Source: an uncultured Candidatus Rokubacteria bacterium (GTDB taxonomy: Bacteria; Methylomirabilota; Methylomirabilia; Rokubacteriales; CSP1-6). Taken from it: 64,000 bases of DNA. A program made the position numbers and the translations under genes. The stretch spans positions 224,001 through 288,000 of the forward strand of contig CAVWFS010000019.1 in NCBI GenBank assembly GCA_963754315.1. The letters are read 5' to 3'. Shown here in pieces: positions 9,248 through 19,437 of the stretch. Each line of letters starts with the position of its first letter. Within the stretch, counting starts at the first letter, position 1. Below the pieces are notes generated by a model that worked only from the letters and a program-made list of their open reading frames with translations, had not been told where the DNA came from and ran no database searches.

Positions 9248-9664
9248 TCACCGCCCTGGGGCCGCGCCGCCTGCTGCCACACGCCGAAGACGGAGCGGGC
9301 ATGGGCAAGAGGCAAAGAACCCTGACCCGCTGTGCATCACATTGCCGATCATTTCGTCCCCGTCGACCTGCATCTCCCCTTTGGCTCCTGACGGGAGGGT
9401 GAAAGTAAATACGTCTCCACTCACGACACCTTGCACCGGTCCTACTAGCGGCGAGGCGGGGGCGGCCGCCGTGTCACCCGTGACCTTCGCGCCATTCTGC
9501 CGAAGCGTCAGGCGAAAGCTTCTGAGCGTTGTGAGTTCGATCGTACCGACCCATGTCCCCGTAACGTCGGCAAGCACCAGCATGTCGCTCACCCAGTCAC
9601 GACGCGTGCAGCCGGCACTCACGACCCAAAACAGGCCGACCAGGAGAACATCCCGTCGCGTCAT
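9248..9664 (-). CDS. Putative lipoprotein of unknown function (intact copy 2)
   Basis: MTRRDVLL + hydrophobic stretch + VSAGC lipobox-like motif; DVTGTWxG beta-rich domain; C-terminal SCPC. Confidence 0.8.
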   Translation of the reverse strand: MTRRDVLLVGLFWVVSAGCTRRDWVSDMLVLADVTGTWVGTIELTTLRSFRLTLRQNGAKVTGDTAAAPASPLVGPVQGVVSGDVFTFTLPSGAKGEMQVDGDEMIGNVMHSGSGFFASCPCPLRLRRVAAGGAAPGR

Positions 9665-10029
9665 GCCCTCGCCCTCACTCCCCCAGGCGGACCTGTTGAA
9701 CTATCGCCCGGGGCTCGACTGGACTCTCGAGCCTCGGTTCGAACACCGCTCCTAGCAGGTAGACGATGGCTCCGTCCTCCAAGAAGTTGACTGCACTGAA
9801 TCTGCGGGCTCAAGGGCGCGCCGCCTGAACGTCGGAGGCGGTACCCGGCACGGGCAGCTGGCCGAAGAGTCAGTAGCAGGGGCGACGGCAGCACAATGGC
9901 CCCGCGCATCGTCCCGGACCATGTTCCGGTCACGTCGCTGAGCACGAGCAGGTCAGTCCAGTCACGCCGCGCACAGCCAGCACTCGCAAGCAGGAGGAGA
10001 AGCAGCAGAAGCCCTCGCGTCCGCTTCAC
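9661..10029 (-). pseudogene. Internally deleted lipoprotein paralogue, copy 1
   Basis: LASAGCARRDW..SDVTGTWSG..LTLR is followed directly by ASCPC (shifted frame) and RLRR; the central ~50 codons of copy 2 are missing. Confidence 0.7.
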
Positions 10030-10065
10030 AATCCGTTCCCCCTCACCCATCGCCACGGCCAGCGC

Positions 10066-10440
10066 TCACGCCTCCGGCAGGAACTTTCGAATCATGGCCA
10101 GCAGGTCGAACGGGCTATACGGCTTGGCCAGGTAGGCGGAGGCGCCAGCGTCCTTGGCCCGCTGCTCATCACCGCTGAGGGCAAAAGACGTGATGGCGAT
10201 GATCGGGGTGTCCGCGGTGGCCGGCTCCGTGCGTAGGGTGCGGGTGGCCTCGATACCGGAGACTTTCGGGAGCTGGATGTCCATGAGGATCAGATCGGGA
10301 CGCTCTTCCCGGGCCATCGTCATACCGGCTTCACCGTCAGGTGCTTCCAGCAGACGATAGGAGGTGCGGCGCAAGAGATCCCGGACGATCTTTCGGTTGA
10401 GCTCGTTGTCCTCGACGTAGAGGATGGTCTTGGCGCTCAT
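10066..10440 (-). CDS. Single-domain response regulator (CheY/DivK-like)
   Basis: ILYVEDN, LILMDIQLP and AYLAKP receiver motifs. Confidence 0.95.
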   Translation of the reverse strand: MSAKTILYVEDNELNRKIVRDLLRRTSYRLLEAPDGEAGMTMAREERPDLILMDIQLPKVSGIEATRTLRTEPATADTPIIAITSFALSGDEQRAKDAGASAYLAKPYSPFDLLAMIRKFLPEA

Positions 10441-12636
10441 GCGGTTTTTTCCCCCTTCAAGCGCAGCGGGATCACGAAGGCAAAGGTCGAACCCTTACCC
10501 AGCTCGCTCTCAACCCAGATGCGCCCGCCGTGCATCTCGACGAACTTCTTGGTGATGCTGAGCCCGAGCCCGGTGCCCCCGAATTCGCTGGTGATGGTGG
10601 CGTCGCCTTGTCGGAACTCGGCAAAAATGGTCTCGATCTTGTGCTTCGCGATACCGATTCCAGTGTCGGCGACGCGATAGATCAGCGTATCGCCTTCCAG
10701 CCCCACCGTGATCTCCACCCGCCCCTGGCGGGTGAATTTCAGCGCGTTGCCGGCCAGGTTCAGGAGGCACTGTCTGATGCGGCCTCCATCGCCGTAGGCT
10801 AAGGAAACATCCGGCGTCACCGACGTAGTGAACTCCAGGCCGCGTTCGAGGGCCAAGGGCCAGAGGGAGGCCTTGACACTCTCGACGGTGTCGTGGACCG
10901 AGTAGTCCGCAGGCGCCAACTCCATGCGTCCCGCCTCGATCTTGGAAAGATCGAGCACGTTGTTGATCAGAGTCAGGAGCTGCCGCCCGCTCTTCTGGAT
11001 GTCGGTGAGGGGGATTCTGAGATCGGAGGGAAGCGGCCCGTAGACGTCGCCGAGGATCAGCTCGTTGAAGCCGAGGATGGCGTTCATGGGCGTTCGCAGC
11101 TCGTGGCTCACGTTGGCGAGGAAGTCGGACTTGTGGCGGCTGGCCACCTCGAGCTGGCGGCCCTTGTCGGCGACCTCCTGGAAGAGCCGGGCGTTGTCGA
11201 TGGCCACCTTGGACTGATTGGCCACGGTGGTGAGTAGCTCGACGGTGCGGTCGTCGAAGAGTCCCGGTCGCCGGCGATACACGGTCATGGCCCGGAGAAC
11301 ATTCCCGCTCACCATGGGGACCGCTAGCAAGGCCCGGAAGCCAGCCTCGAGGTAGAGCGACTTGAACATCAGCTCGCCGCCGGCCGCGATGTCAGGGACC
11401 TGGACCACCTCGCCGCTCTCCAATCTGCTCACCCATTCCCGGCTGGACGGCGTCGATATCGCGTGCCCAATCGGGCCGGTGAGAGCAGCCCCGGAATCAG
11501 CGAGCGGCAGGCGACGCCATCTTCACGCCGGCGCTCTCCAGCGTCTCCAGGAAGGGCTCGCTGAAGTTGTGAGAGGCCACCACGACGAATCCCTGCCGAG
11601 CGGGATCCAGCTCGAAGATACCGCACGCATCGGAGTTCGAGAGGCGAACGGCATGGGCCGAGATGGTGCGCAGGACTTCCGACAGATCCAGCGACGAGCC
11701 GACGGCGCGGCTGATCTCACCCATCACGCGGACCTCTTCCAGCGACCGCTGAAGAGCCGTACTGCGTTCCTGCAGCTCGGCCGTTCGCTGCTGGATGCGA
11801 TCCTCCAGGGTTCGGTTCAGGTCGCGCAGTTGGGCCAGAGCTTGTTCCTTCTCGTCGATGTTTCCCTTCAGCGCCCGCGTCATTTCGTTGAAGGCCACCG
11901 CCAGCTGTCCGACCTCGTCGCGCGATTCCACGGCGATCGTTTGATCGAGAAAGCCGTCGGCGATCTTCTGCGCCTGCGCGGTCAGTCGGTTGACCGGCCG
12001 TGTGACCCGCCGCGAGAAGCCATACACGGCCAACGTGCTGAGAACAACGAAGGCGACCGTGATGCCCCCCCACAGCTTCACGAGGCCTCCCACGTGTCCC
12101 TCGACACTGCGGAGCGACAGACCGAGCTTCACCCCCCCGATCAGTCTCGACTCTTGACGTGAACCGGACGCGTCTGCAACCGGTCCGATCAGGAGCTGGT
12201 CCGCCGTCTTGGCTTCCTCCGAACGGACGGGAGCCAGGAATTCGACGAAGCGCTCGCCGCCGCGCTCAAGGCTCCGCGAGGCCATGCGCCGCAACAAAGC
12301 CGGATCGAGCTGGCCGGCGGCGCCGCTGACCTGGCGACCGCCCTCGGCGAGGGCCTGTCCGTTCTCCCCGTAGATCACCACGTAGGCCACGTCAGCGTCG
12401 CGAACCACGCCGCGAATGGAGGCACCCAGACTCTGGCGATCTTCTGTGAACACACCCAGCTCGCTGCTAGAGGCCAAATGGGAAGCCGCGGCCTCGCCGC
12501 GCTTCATGAACTCGCCGGTGATCACGCGGCGATGCTCTCGAATGCTGATCAGTCCGTGCACGACGAGGAGGACGACCACGATGGGTACGATCGACAAGAA
12601 GATGCGCAGCCAGAAGGTTCGCGGCGTCTTCATCAC
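10437..12636 (-). CDS. Membrane sensor histidine kinase (2 TM-HAMP-GAF-HisKA-HATPase), with a +1 frameshift near 11510
   Basis: HAMP (DEVGQLAVAFNEM), GAF, SHELRTP, NALKFT, DTGIG and GGTGLGL; the two ORF-track halves join after removing one base. Confidence 0.88.
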
Positions 12637-13553
12637 TGGATCACCGTGGTGGCCCGGCCCAGGACGACCTTGGGAATCTCCACGCCCAGCTTCTGGGCCG
12701 CCTTGAGGTTCACCGTGAGGCTCAACCGGCGCGCTGTTGTGTAGGGGACATCGGCCGCCGTCTTACCGCCCAGAATGCTCGAGGCGAGCTCACCGGCCTG
12801 GCGACCGATGTCCTCGCTGCTCGCGAACGACAGCGAGAGCAGCGCTCCCATCTGGGCGTGGCGTTCGGAGAGCCCGAGAAGAGGGATCTTGTTCCGGTAG
12901 GAGAAGAGAAGCATTTGCTGAACGACAGTCTGGGCGAGGGTCGTCTCGTCGGGAAGGATCCAGAGGGCGTCGACCGTCCCCTGGAGCGATTCCAGGGCGG
13001 CCACGGCCTCCTTCGGCGAGCTGATCTCTTTGGCGATGAGCTGTAAGCCCTCCTCGCGGGCCACCGCCTCCGCTCGTTTGACCAGGTAACCGGTTCGCGC
13101 TTGGTTGAAGATGACCCCGACCCGCTTCACCTGCGGCCCGAGCTGCTTGAGCAGCCGGAGCGGTTGCTCGACGGGAACGTTCATGCTCGCCCCCGTGATG
13201 TTTCTGGTCCCGGTCCCCACGATGCTCGGTGGATTGAGAACCATGGCGTACACCACCGGGATGTCGGTGGGCTGGCTCACGATCGCCTGCAGAGCCCAGA
13301 GGCCGATCGCGAAGATGAGGTCGGGTTTGACCTTTGTCTCGATCTCGGTCAGGATCTTCCGGCCGCGCTCGAGATCGCCGCCCATGTTGTATTCGGCGAC
13401 GATCGGGTGCCGCACGGTTTGCTTGAAGCCACTCAGCGCTTCTTGATAGTCATCGTTCCGGTCGCTCAGGATGACGGCCACATTGGCGGCGGAGGCAGGC
13501 CCGGCAACTCCTGCGGTGAAGGCCAGCAGCAGCAGGGTGAGGAGGTTCTTCAA
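12633..13553 (-). CDS. ABC-type substrate-binding protein (ABC_sub_bind/DUF534-like)
   Basis: Signal peptide; VKRVGVIFN, DALWILPD, IGRQAGELA and VNLKAAQKLG motifs. Confidence 0.88.
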   Translation of the reverse strand: MKNLLTLLLLAFTAGVAGPASAANVAVILSDRNDDYQEALSGFKQTVRHPIVAEYNMGGDLERGRKILTEIETKVKPDLIFAIGLWALQAIVSQPTDIPVVYAMVLNPPSIVGTGTRNITGASMNVPVEQPLRLLKQLGPQVKRVGVIFNQARTGYLVKRAEAVAREEGLQLIAKEISSPKEAVAALESLQGTVDALWILPDETTLAQTVVQQMLLFSYRNKIPLLGLSERHAQMGALLSLSFASSEDIGRQAGELASSILGGKTAADVPYTTARRLSLTVNLKAAQKLGVEIPKVVLGRATTVIQ

Positions 13554-13617
13554 GCCCTTTACTGGAACGATAACACCAAGGAGGATACGACCGATAGCAA
13601 CCTCGCAGCCCGAACCT

Positions 13618-15045
13618 TTGGAAGGCTCACCGAGCGAGGCGCGAAAGCTGCTGACCGGTCCCCTTCACGTCGTGAATATCGGGCTCGAGCTGTTCGCGGG
13701 GGAACTGGAGGGCCAGGGCATCCCCGTCACACGCGTGGCTTGGCAACCGCCGGGCGGCGGTGATCCGGCCCTCGTGGCAGCCCTCGAACGGCTCGCGGCG
13801 CGGCACGAGATCGTGGAGTCGGCCAACAGGCGGGCGTTCGACATTCTCGTCGGCGGCGAGCCGTACCTTGTGGATTGCCGGCCGGCGCGGGAGGCACTGG
13901 AACTTCCCGATCACACGGTGCTGCACGCTGGACCGCCGCTGGACTGGGACCACGCTTGCGGCCCCATGCGGGCCGCCGTGCTCTGCGCCATCCGCTACGA
14001 GGGGTGGGCGGCCAACGATGACGCCGCGCGGGATCTTGTGGACCGCGGTGAGGTGCGCCTGGCGCCCTGTCATCACTGGCGTGCCGTGGGCCCCATGACG
14101 GGGATGATCACTCCATCCATGCCGGTCTTCGCGGTGGAAAACCGTGCCCACGGCAACCGCGCTCACGCCACCATTAACGAAGGGCTCGGCAAAGTCCTGC
14201 GCTTCGGCGCCAACGACGACTCCGTGCTGGCGCGCCTGCGTTGGCTGGCGGCCGAGGCAGGGCCACTGCTCGGCGCCGCCTTGCGAGCCGCCGGCGGGCT
14301 TGATCTTCGCGCCCTCATGAGTCAGGCCCTTCGCATGGGGGACGAGATGCACCAGCGTAACGTTGCCGCCTCCTCCCTGCTCGCCCGCGCCCTCATGCCG
14401 CACGTGGCGCGTGCGGGTGGCAAGCACGGTGCGGTGGCCCGTCTGGCAGAGTTCATCGCCGGCAACGACCAGTTCTTCCTCAACGTGGCCATGGCCGCCG
14501 GGAAGGCCATGGCCGACCCCGCCACCGGCATCACGAACTCGACGATGGTGACGGCCATGGCGCGCAACGGGACTGACTTCGGGATTCGGGTCTCAGGCCT
14601 GGGCGAACGGTGGTTCACGGCGCCCGCCACCATGCCGGTCGGGCTCTACTTCCCCGGCTTCACCGCCGACGACGCCAACCCCGACATGGGCGACAGCGCG
14701 ATCGTCGAGACGATCGGACTCGGCGGCGGGGCCATGGCCACCTCCCCCGCCGTGGCGCGCTTCATCGGTGCCGGCGGCATGAGCGCGGCCCTGGCTGCTA
14801 CCGAGGAGATTCGCGAGATCTGCCTCGGCGAGCACCCCCACTTTCGGATCCCAACTCTCGACGATCGGGGCGCCCCTGTCGGTATCGACGTCGCTCGGGT
14901 GGTCGAGACCGGGATCCCACCATTGATCAACACAGGTATCGCCGGCCGTCGTGCGGGGATCGGCCAGATCGGCGCCGGTGTCGCGCGTGCCCCTCTCGCC
15001 TGCTTTGTCCGCGCGCTTGAAGCGCTCGCGGGTGAGACACGATGA
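13618..15045 (+). CDS. DUF1116 (YlbE/YahG/AllG-like) protein with an N-terminal FdrA C-tail-like segment; start codon uncertain
   Basis: VVNIGLELFA..WQPPGGGD, then LHAGPP, GKVLRFGA, MGDEMHQRN, MARNG, DMGDSAI and INTGIA; the first plausible start is TTG 13618. Confidence 0.85.
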   Translation: MEGSPSEARKLLTGPLHVVNIGLELFAGELEGQGIPVTRVAWQPPGGGDPALVAALERLAARHEIVESANRRAFDILVGGEPYLVDCRPAREALELPDHTVLHAGPPLDWDHACGPMRAAVLCAIRYEGWAANDDAARDLVDRGEVRLAPCHHWRAVGPMTGMITPSMPVFAVENRAHGNRAHATINEGLGKVLRFGANDDSVLARLRWLAAEAGPLLGAALRAAGGLDLRALMSQALRMGDEMHQRNVAASSLLARALMPHVARAGGKHGAVARLAEFIAGNDQFFLNVAMAAGKAMADPATGITNSTMVTAMARNGTDFGIRVSGLGERWFTAPATMPVGLYFPGFTADDANPDMGDSAIVETIGLGGGAMATSPAVARFIGAGGMSAALAATEEIREICLGEHPHFRIPTLDDRGAPVGIDVARVVETGIPPLINTGIAGRRAGIGQIGAGVARAPLACFVRALEALAGETR

Positions 15046-15896
15046 AAACCGACATCCTGCTCATTCCCATGAGCGCGCGCTGGGCCGCGATGCGTGCGGC
15101 GGCGCTCGCCGTGGAGGATGCAGGCTTCGACGGCCTGTGGACCTGGGATCACCTGCGCGATCCCGAAGGAGCTTCCGAGGCTGGTGTCCCGGAGGCCATG
15201 ACCGTGCTGGCGGCGGTGGGCGAGCTGACCAAGCGGATCACGCTCGGGCCGCTGGTATTGAATGTGGCGAACCGGCACCCGGGATTGCTCGCCAACATAG
15301 CGGCGACCATCCAGCACATCTCGGGCGGCCGCTTGCTCCTCGGCCTCGGCGCAGGCGGGCATCGAAGACTGCCCTACGCCGCCGAGCAGGAGATGCTCGG
15401 GCTCGCCGTCGACCCAGACGCCGTGCGCGCCCAGCGGGTGGCGGAGGCTGCCCAGGTTCTGAAGCGCCTTTGGGCCGGCGACGAAACGAGCTTTGCGGGG
15501 ACGTACTACAAGCTGGAACGTCCTGCCGGTTACCTACGCGCGGATCCGGCTCCGCCGATCATCGTGGGCGGATTCGGTCCCCGCATGGCCGCCATCGCAG
15601 GCCGCCACGGCGACGGGTTCAATACCCAAGCCCGGCATCCGCGCTTGGCCGAATTGGTCCGGGTCGCGCGCGATGAGCACCGGGCGGCCGGGCACGACCC
15701 CTCGCGCTTCGCCATCACGGTGTTTGCCGGCCTCGATCGGCAGTGGCTGCAATCCGACTCGACGGCACGCGCCTCGCTCGAGCGCTTGGGAGTAGCACGC
15801 GTAATCCTGCTGGTCTCCCCACCGTTCGATCCGGATCAGATCAGGGCAGCCGGGACGCTACTCACGGAGCGGCGCCGACCCTCTGCGGCTCCGTGA
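15042..15896 (+). CDS. LLM-class flavin-dependent oxidoreductase
   Basis: GFDGLWTWDH, ISGGRLLLGLGAG and PPIIVGG motifs. Confidence 0.9.
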   Translation: MKTDILLIPMSARWAAMRAAALAVEDAGFDGLWTWDHLRDPEGASEAGVPEAMTVLAAVGELTKRITLGPLVLNVANRHPGLLANIAATIQHISGGRLLLGLGAGGHRRLPYAAEQEMLGLAVDPDAVRAQRVAEAAQVLKRLWAGDETSFAGTYYKLERPAGYLRADPAPPIIVGGFGPRMAAIAGRHGDGFNTQARHPRLAELVRVARDEHRAAGHDPSRFAITVFAGLDRQWLQSDSTARASLERLGVARVILLVSPPFDPDQIRAAGTLLTERRRPSAAP

Positions 15897-15958
15897 AGCT
15901 CACGAGGCCATAGTCCGGCGTCTCCTCCGCAGGCTGCGTGGTATAGTCGCAGAGGCCC

Positions 15959-17005
15959 GTGAATCAGTCCACGTCGTACCTCATCACTGGCGGCGCCGGA
16001 TTCCTGGGGATCAATCTCATCCGCTACCTACTGGCCCGGGGACATGCCGTCACCTCGCTCGATGTGGCTGACTTCGACTATCCGGAACGCGATCGGGTCA
16101 CGGTGGTCAGGGGCGACATCCGCGATCGAGCCATCGTCGAAAGCGCCATGGCGGGCTCACGCGTCGTGGTGCACGGCGCGGCGGCCCTTCCACTCTACAA
16201 ACCCGCCGAGATCTATGCGACGGACATCGACGGCACCCGCACGGTGATCGAGGCTGCCCACGCGCACGCGGTCGAACGCTTCATTCACATCTCCTCCACT
16301 GCGGTCTACGGCATTCCGGATCACCACCCGCTCTACGAGACGGATCCGCTGCGAGGGGTTGGGCCTTACGGTCAGGCCAAGGTGCTGGCCGAGGGTATCT
16401 GTCTGGCATTCCGGAAGAGGGGCATGTGCGTTCCCATCATCCGGCCCAAGTCGTTCGTCGGCCCCGAACGGCTCGGGGTGTTCGCGCTCCTCTACGACTG
16501 GGCCAGCCAGGGACGCGGGTTCCCGATGATCGGGCGCGGCGACAATCGCTACCAGTTCCTGGACGTCGAGGATCTGTGCGACGCCATATACCAGACGGCA
16601 ACCATCGATCCCTCCCTCGCCAACGACACGTTCAACGTCGGCGCCAAGGTGTTCGCCACCATGCGCGAAGACTACCAGGCCGTCCTGGACTACGCGGGCT
16701 TCGGTCGGCGCGTCCGGGGCTTCCCGGCGGCCCCCCTCATCTGGACTCTGCGCACCTTGGAGCGCCTCAAGCTCTCGCCGCTTTACCGCTGGGTATACGA
16801 GACGGCGGCCACCGATTCGTTCGTGTCCATCGAGAAGGCCGAGCGGGTGCTGGGGTTCGCGCCCAAGTACTCGAATCGGGATGCTCTCATCCGTAACTAC
16901 CAGTGGTACCTCGACAATCGCCAGCGCTTCACCGGGCAATCGGGGGTGACTCATCGCGTGCCGTGGAAGCAGGGTATCCTCGGCCTTGCCAAGCGGTTCT
17001 TCTGA
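15959..17005 (+). CDS. NAD-dependent epimerase/dehydratase (extended SDR)
   Basis: TGGAGFLG and YGQAK (YxxxK) motifs. Confidence 0.9.
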   Translation: MNQSTSYLITGGAGFLGINLIRYLLARGHAVTSLDVADFDYPERDRVTVVRGDIRDRAIVESAMAGSRVVVHGAAALPLYKPAEIYATDIDGTRTVIEAAHAHAVERFIHISSTAVYGIPDHHPLYETDPLRGVGPYGQAKVLAEGICLAFRKRGMCVPIIRPKSFVGPERLGVFALLYDWASQGRGFPMIGRGDNRYQFLDVEDLCDAIYQTATIDPSLANDTFNVGAKVFATMREDYQAVLDYAGFGRRVRGFPAAPLIWTLRTLERLKLSPLYRWVYETAATDSFVSIEKAERVLGFAPKYSNRDALIRNYQWYLDNRQRFTGQSGVTHRVPWKQGILGLAKRFF

Positions 17006-17024
17006 GAGCAGTAGAGTCCCGCGC

Positions 17025-17053
17025 TTGACTCTCCGCACCCCGCCCACTAGAGT
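17025..17053 (+). promoter_or_regulatory. Putative sigma70 promoter
   Basis: TTGACT-17 bp-TAGAGT upstream of GTG 17087. Confidence 0.5.
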
Positions 17054-17086
17054 CCGTCGCATCGCATCGAGGAGCGCGATCGACTC

Positions 17087-18250
17087 GTGAGCATTCCCCG
17101 GACAGCGAGCACGGTCATCATCGGCGGCGGCGTGGTCGGCTGCAGCATTGCCTATCATCTCGCGCGCCGCGGTCAGCGGGATATCGTGGTGCTCGAGCGA
17201 GAGACCGTGGGCTCCGGCACCACCAGCAAGGCGGCAGGCGGTATCCGCGCTCAGTTCCCCACGGAGACCGAGGTTCGATTCTCGCTGGAGGCTATTCGGG
17301 TCTTCGAGCACTTCGAGGAGGAGTTCGGGGTCGACATCGGCTATCGGAAGATCGGCTACCTGTTCTTGGTCGCCGATGAAGCGGACCTCACCGGCTTCCG
17401 GAAGCGCATGGCCATCCAGCAGCGGCTCGGCGTCGACGTGCGCATCATCACCCCGACGGAGGCGCAGGCGATGGTCCCCGCCCTCCGCGTCGACGACCTG
17501 CTCGCCGCCATCTGGGGTCCGACGGACGGTATGGCGGGGCCGGCCGAAGTGACCACCGGCTTCGCCCGGCGTGCGCGCGAGCTGGGGGCTCGGATTCTCG
17601 AGGGCGTCGACGTCATCGGCATCGACCGGGTAGGCGGTCGCGTGCGAAGCGTTCGCACGACGCAAGGCGCTATTGAAACCCCGCTCGCCATCAACGCCGC
17701 CGGGCCCTCGGCGGCCCGCGTCGGTCGGCTAGCCGATCTTCAGATTGCCGTTCAGCCGCGGCGGCGGCACATCTTCTTCACCGAGCCGTTCCCCGAGATA
17801 CCGGGACCGGTGCCGCTCACCACGGACCGTGCCAGCGGCTTCTACTTTCGCAAAGAGATGGAGCAGGTTCTCCTGAGTCCTGGTGATGTCGAAGACATCG
17901 GCGACGATCTCGCCGTTCCCATGGATTGGGGCAAGGTGGAAGAGACCGTCCAGAAGGCCATTCATCGCCTTCCCATCATCGAGCGGGCTCGCATCGCCGG
18001 TGGCTGGGCGGGCCTCCGTCCCCTCACGCCGGACGATCACGCCATCATTGGCCCGGCGCCCGGCCTGGAAGGCATGTTCCTGGCGGTGGGCTTCGGCGGG
18101 CACGGTTTCCAGCACTCGCCGGCCACTGGACGCTACGTGGCCGAGTGGATTCTTGACGGTCGCCCCTCGATGGACCTGTCGCTGTTCGATCCCGCTCGCT
18201 TCGCCCATGGGCACGAGATTGCGAACGACCCGGGACCAGACGCGGAGTAA
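17087..18250 (+). CDS. FAD-dependent oxidoreductase, DAO/sarcosine oxidase beta-like
   Basis: IIGGGVVG, GTTSKAAG, WAGLRPLTPD and GFGGHGF motifs. Confidence 0.9.
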   Translation: MSIPRTASTVIIGGGVVGCSIAYHLARRGQRDIVVLERETVGSGTTSKAAGGIRAQFPTETEVRFSLEAIRVFEHFEEEFGVDIGYRKIGYLFLVADEADLTGFRKRMAIQQRLGVDVRIITPTEAQAMVPALRVDDLLAAIWGPTDGMAGPAEVTTGFARRARELGARILEGVDVIGIDRVGGRVRSVRTTQGAIETPLAINAAGPSAARVGRLADLQIAVQPRRRHIFFTEPFPEIPGPVPLTTDRASGFYFRKEMEQVLLSPGDVEDIGDDLAVPMDWGKVEETVQKAIHRLPIIERARIAGGWAGLRPLTPDDHAIIGPAPGLEGMFLAVGFGGHGFQHSPATGRYVAEWILDGRPSMDLSLFDPARFAHGHEIANDPGPDAE

Positions 18251-18307
18251 GTCGAGCGGGACTCGGGCGGGTCTCTGTGCCAGGCGTGCTGATATGGTGT
18301 CAGTCGC

Positions 18308-19420
18308 ATGGTGATCGGCGATATTCGCGTCATCCAGGCTGACATTCCCGTCAAGCGGCCTCACACGATGTCCTTCACCACGCTGCATGCTGTCAATTTC
18401 GTCTTCGTGCGCCTGGAAACGATCGGGGGGTTAGTTGGCTGGGGTGAAGCGGCCTGCCTCGGCGGACCCACCTGGAGCGAGGAATCGGCCGAGTCGGTGG
18501 CCATCACGATCGAGCGGTATATCGCCCCCTGGCTGACCGGCCGAGACGCCACCCAGATCGAACCGCTCCGCCACGAGATGGCCCGCCGTCTCCAGGGCAA
18601 TCCGTTTGCCCGGGCCGCTGTCGAGATGGCGTTGTGGGACCTCAATGGCCGTGCGCTGGGGGTGCCGATCCATCGTCTCCTGGGGGGCCGCATGCGTGAT
18701 CGGGTGCCGCTCTCCTGGTCACTCGCGGTCGCGAAACTCGAGGACGAGGTGGCGGAGGCAGCCGAGCTGAGCGCGCGGGGACAGCGCATCTTCAAGATCA
18801 AGACCGCAGCGCATCCGCTTGCCCACGACCTCGAGCGGGTCAAGCGGATCCGAGAGGTCGTCGGCCCCGCGGTGTCGCTGCGCGTGGACGCCAATCAGGG
18901 CTGGGACCGGGCAAGCGCGCCACGTGCCATCCGGGCCCTCGAGCCCTACGGTCTCGACTTCGTGGAGCAACCGCTTCCACGCTGGGATCTTGAAGGTATG
19001 GCTCAGCTGGGGCGAAGCGCGGCCGTCCCCATCATGGCCGACGAGTCGTGCTTTTCACCGCAGGATGCCATGACTATCGCCCGTCTCGGTGGGGTCAGCA
19101 TCCTCGGCCTCAAGGTGACCAAGTCGGCCGGCCTGCTCGGAAGCATGGCGGTCGCCCGCATCGCCGAGGCAGCCGGCCTCGGCTGCTATGTCGGGTGCAT
19201 GATCGAGACATCCGTCGGCACCGCGGCCTATCTGCAGGTGGCCTTGGCGGCGGCGCCGGTCAGCTGGGGCTGCGAGCTCTTTGGCCCCCTGCTACTTATG
19301 GGAGACGTGGTCAAAAAGCCTGTCCAGTACGCCGAGGGCAGTATCCTGGCCCTCGACGGCCCGGGCCTGGGGGTCGACGTCGACGAGTTGGCGCTCAAAG
19401 AGTGGACCCATCGCGCCTGA
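18308..19420 (+). CDS. Muconate cycloisomerase-like enolase-superfamily enzyme
   Basis: FKIK, RVDANQGW, VEQP, MADES and GCELFGP (MLE-type Glu) motifs. Confidence 0.85.
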   Translation: MVIGDIRVIQADIPVKRPHTMSFTTLHAVNFVFVRLETIGGLVGWGEAACLGGPTWSEESAESVAITIERYIAPWLTGRDATQIEPLRHEMARRLQGNPFARAAVEMALWDLNGRALGVPIHRLLGGRMRDRVPLSWSLAVAKLEDEVAEAAELSARGQRIFKIKTAAHPLAHDLERVKRIREVVGPAVSLRVDANQGWDRASAPRAIRALEPYGLDFVEQPLPRWDLEGMAQLGRSAAVPIMADESCFSPQDAMTIARLGGVSILGLKVTKSAGLLGSMAVARIAEAAGLGCYVGCMIETSVGTAAYLQVALAAAPVSWGCELFGPLLLMGDVVKKPVQYAEGSILALDGPGLGVDVDELALKEWTHRA

Positions 19421-19437
19421 CTCGAGGAGGAACTGCC

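Noticed and set aside
11497..11499. In-frame TGA in the histidine kinase as selenocysteine or readthrough
   Set aside because: The continuation is in a different frame, so a single-base insertion explains it.
8690..13600. Accessory block as a prophage or integrative element
   Set aside because: No integrase, transposase, phage genes, flanking tRNA or terminal repeats were seen.
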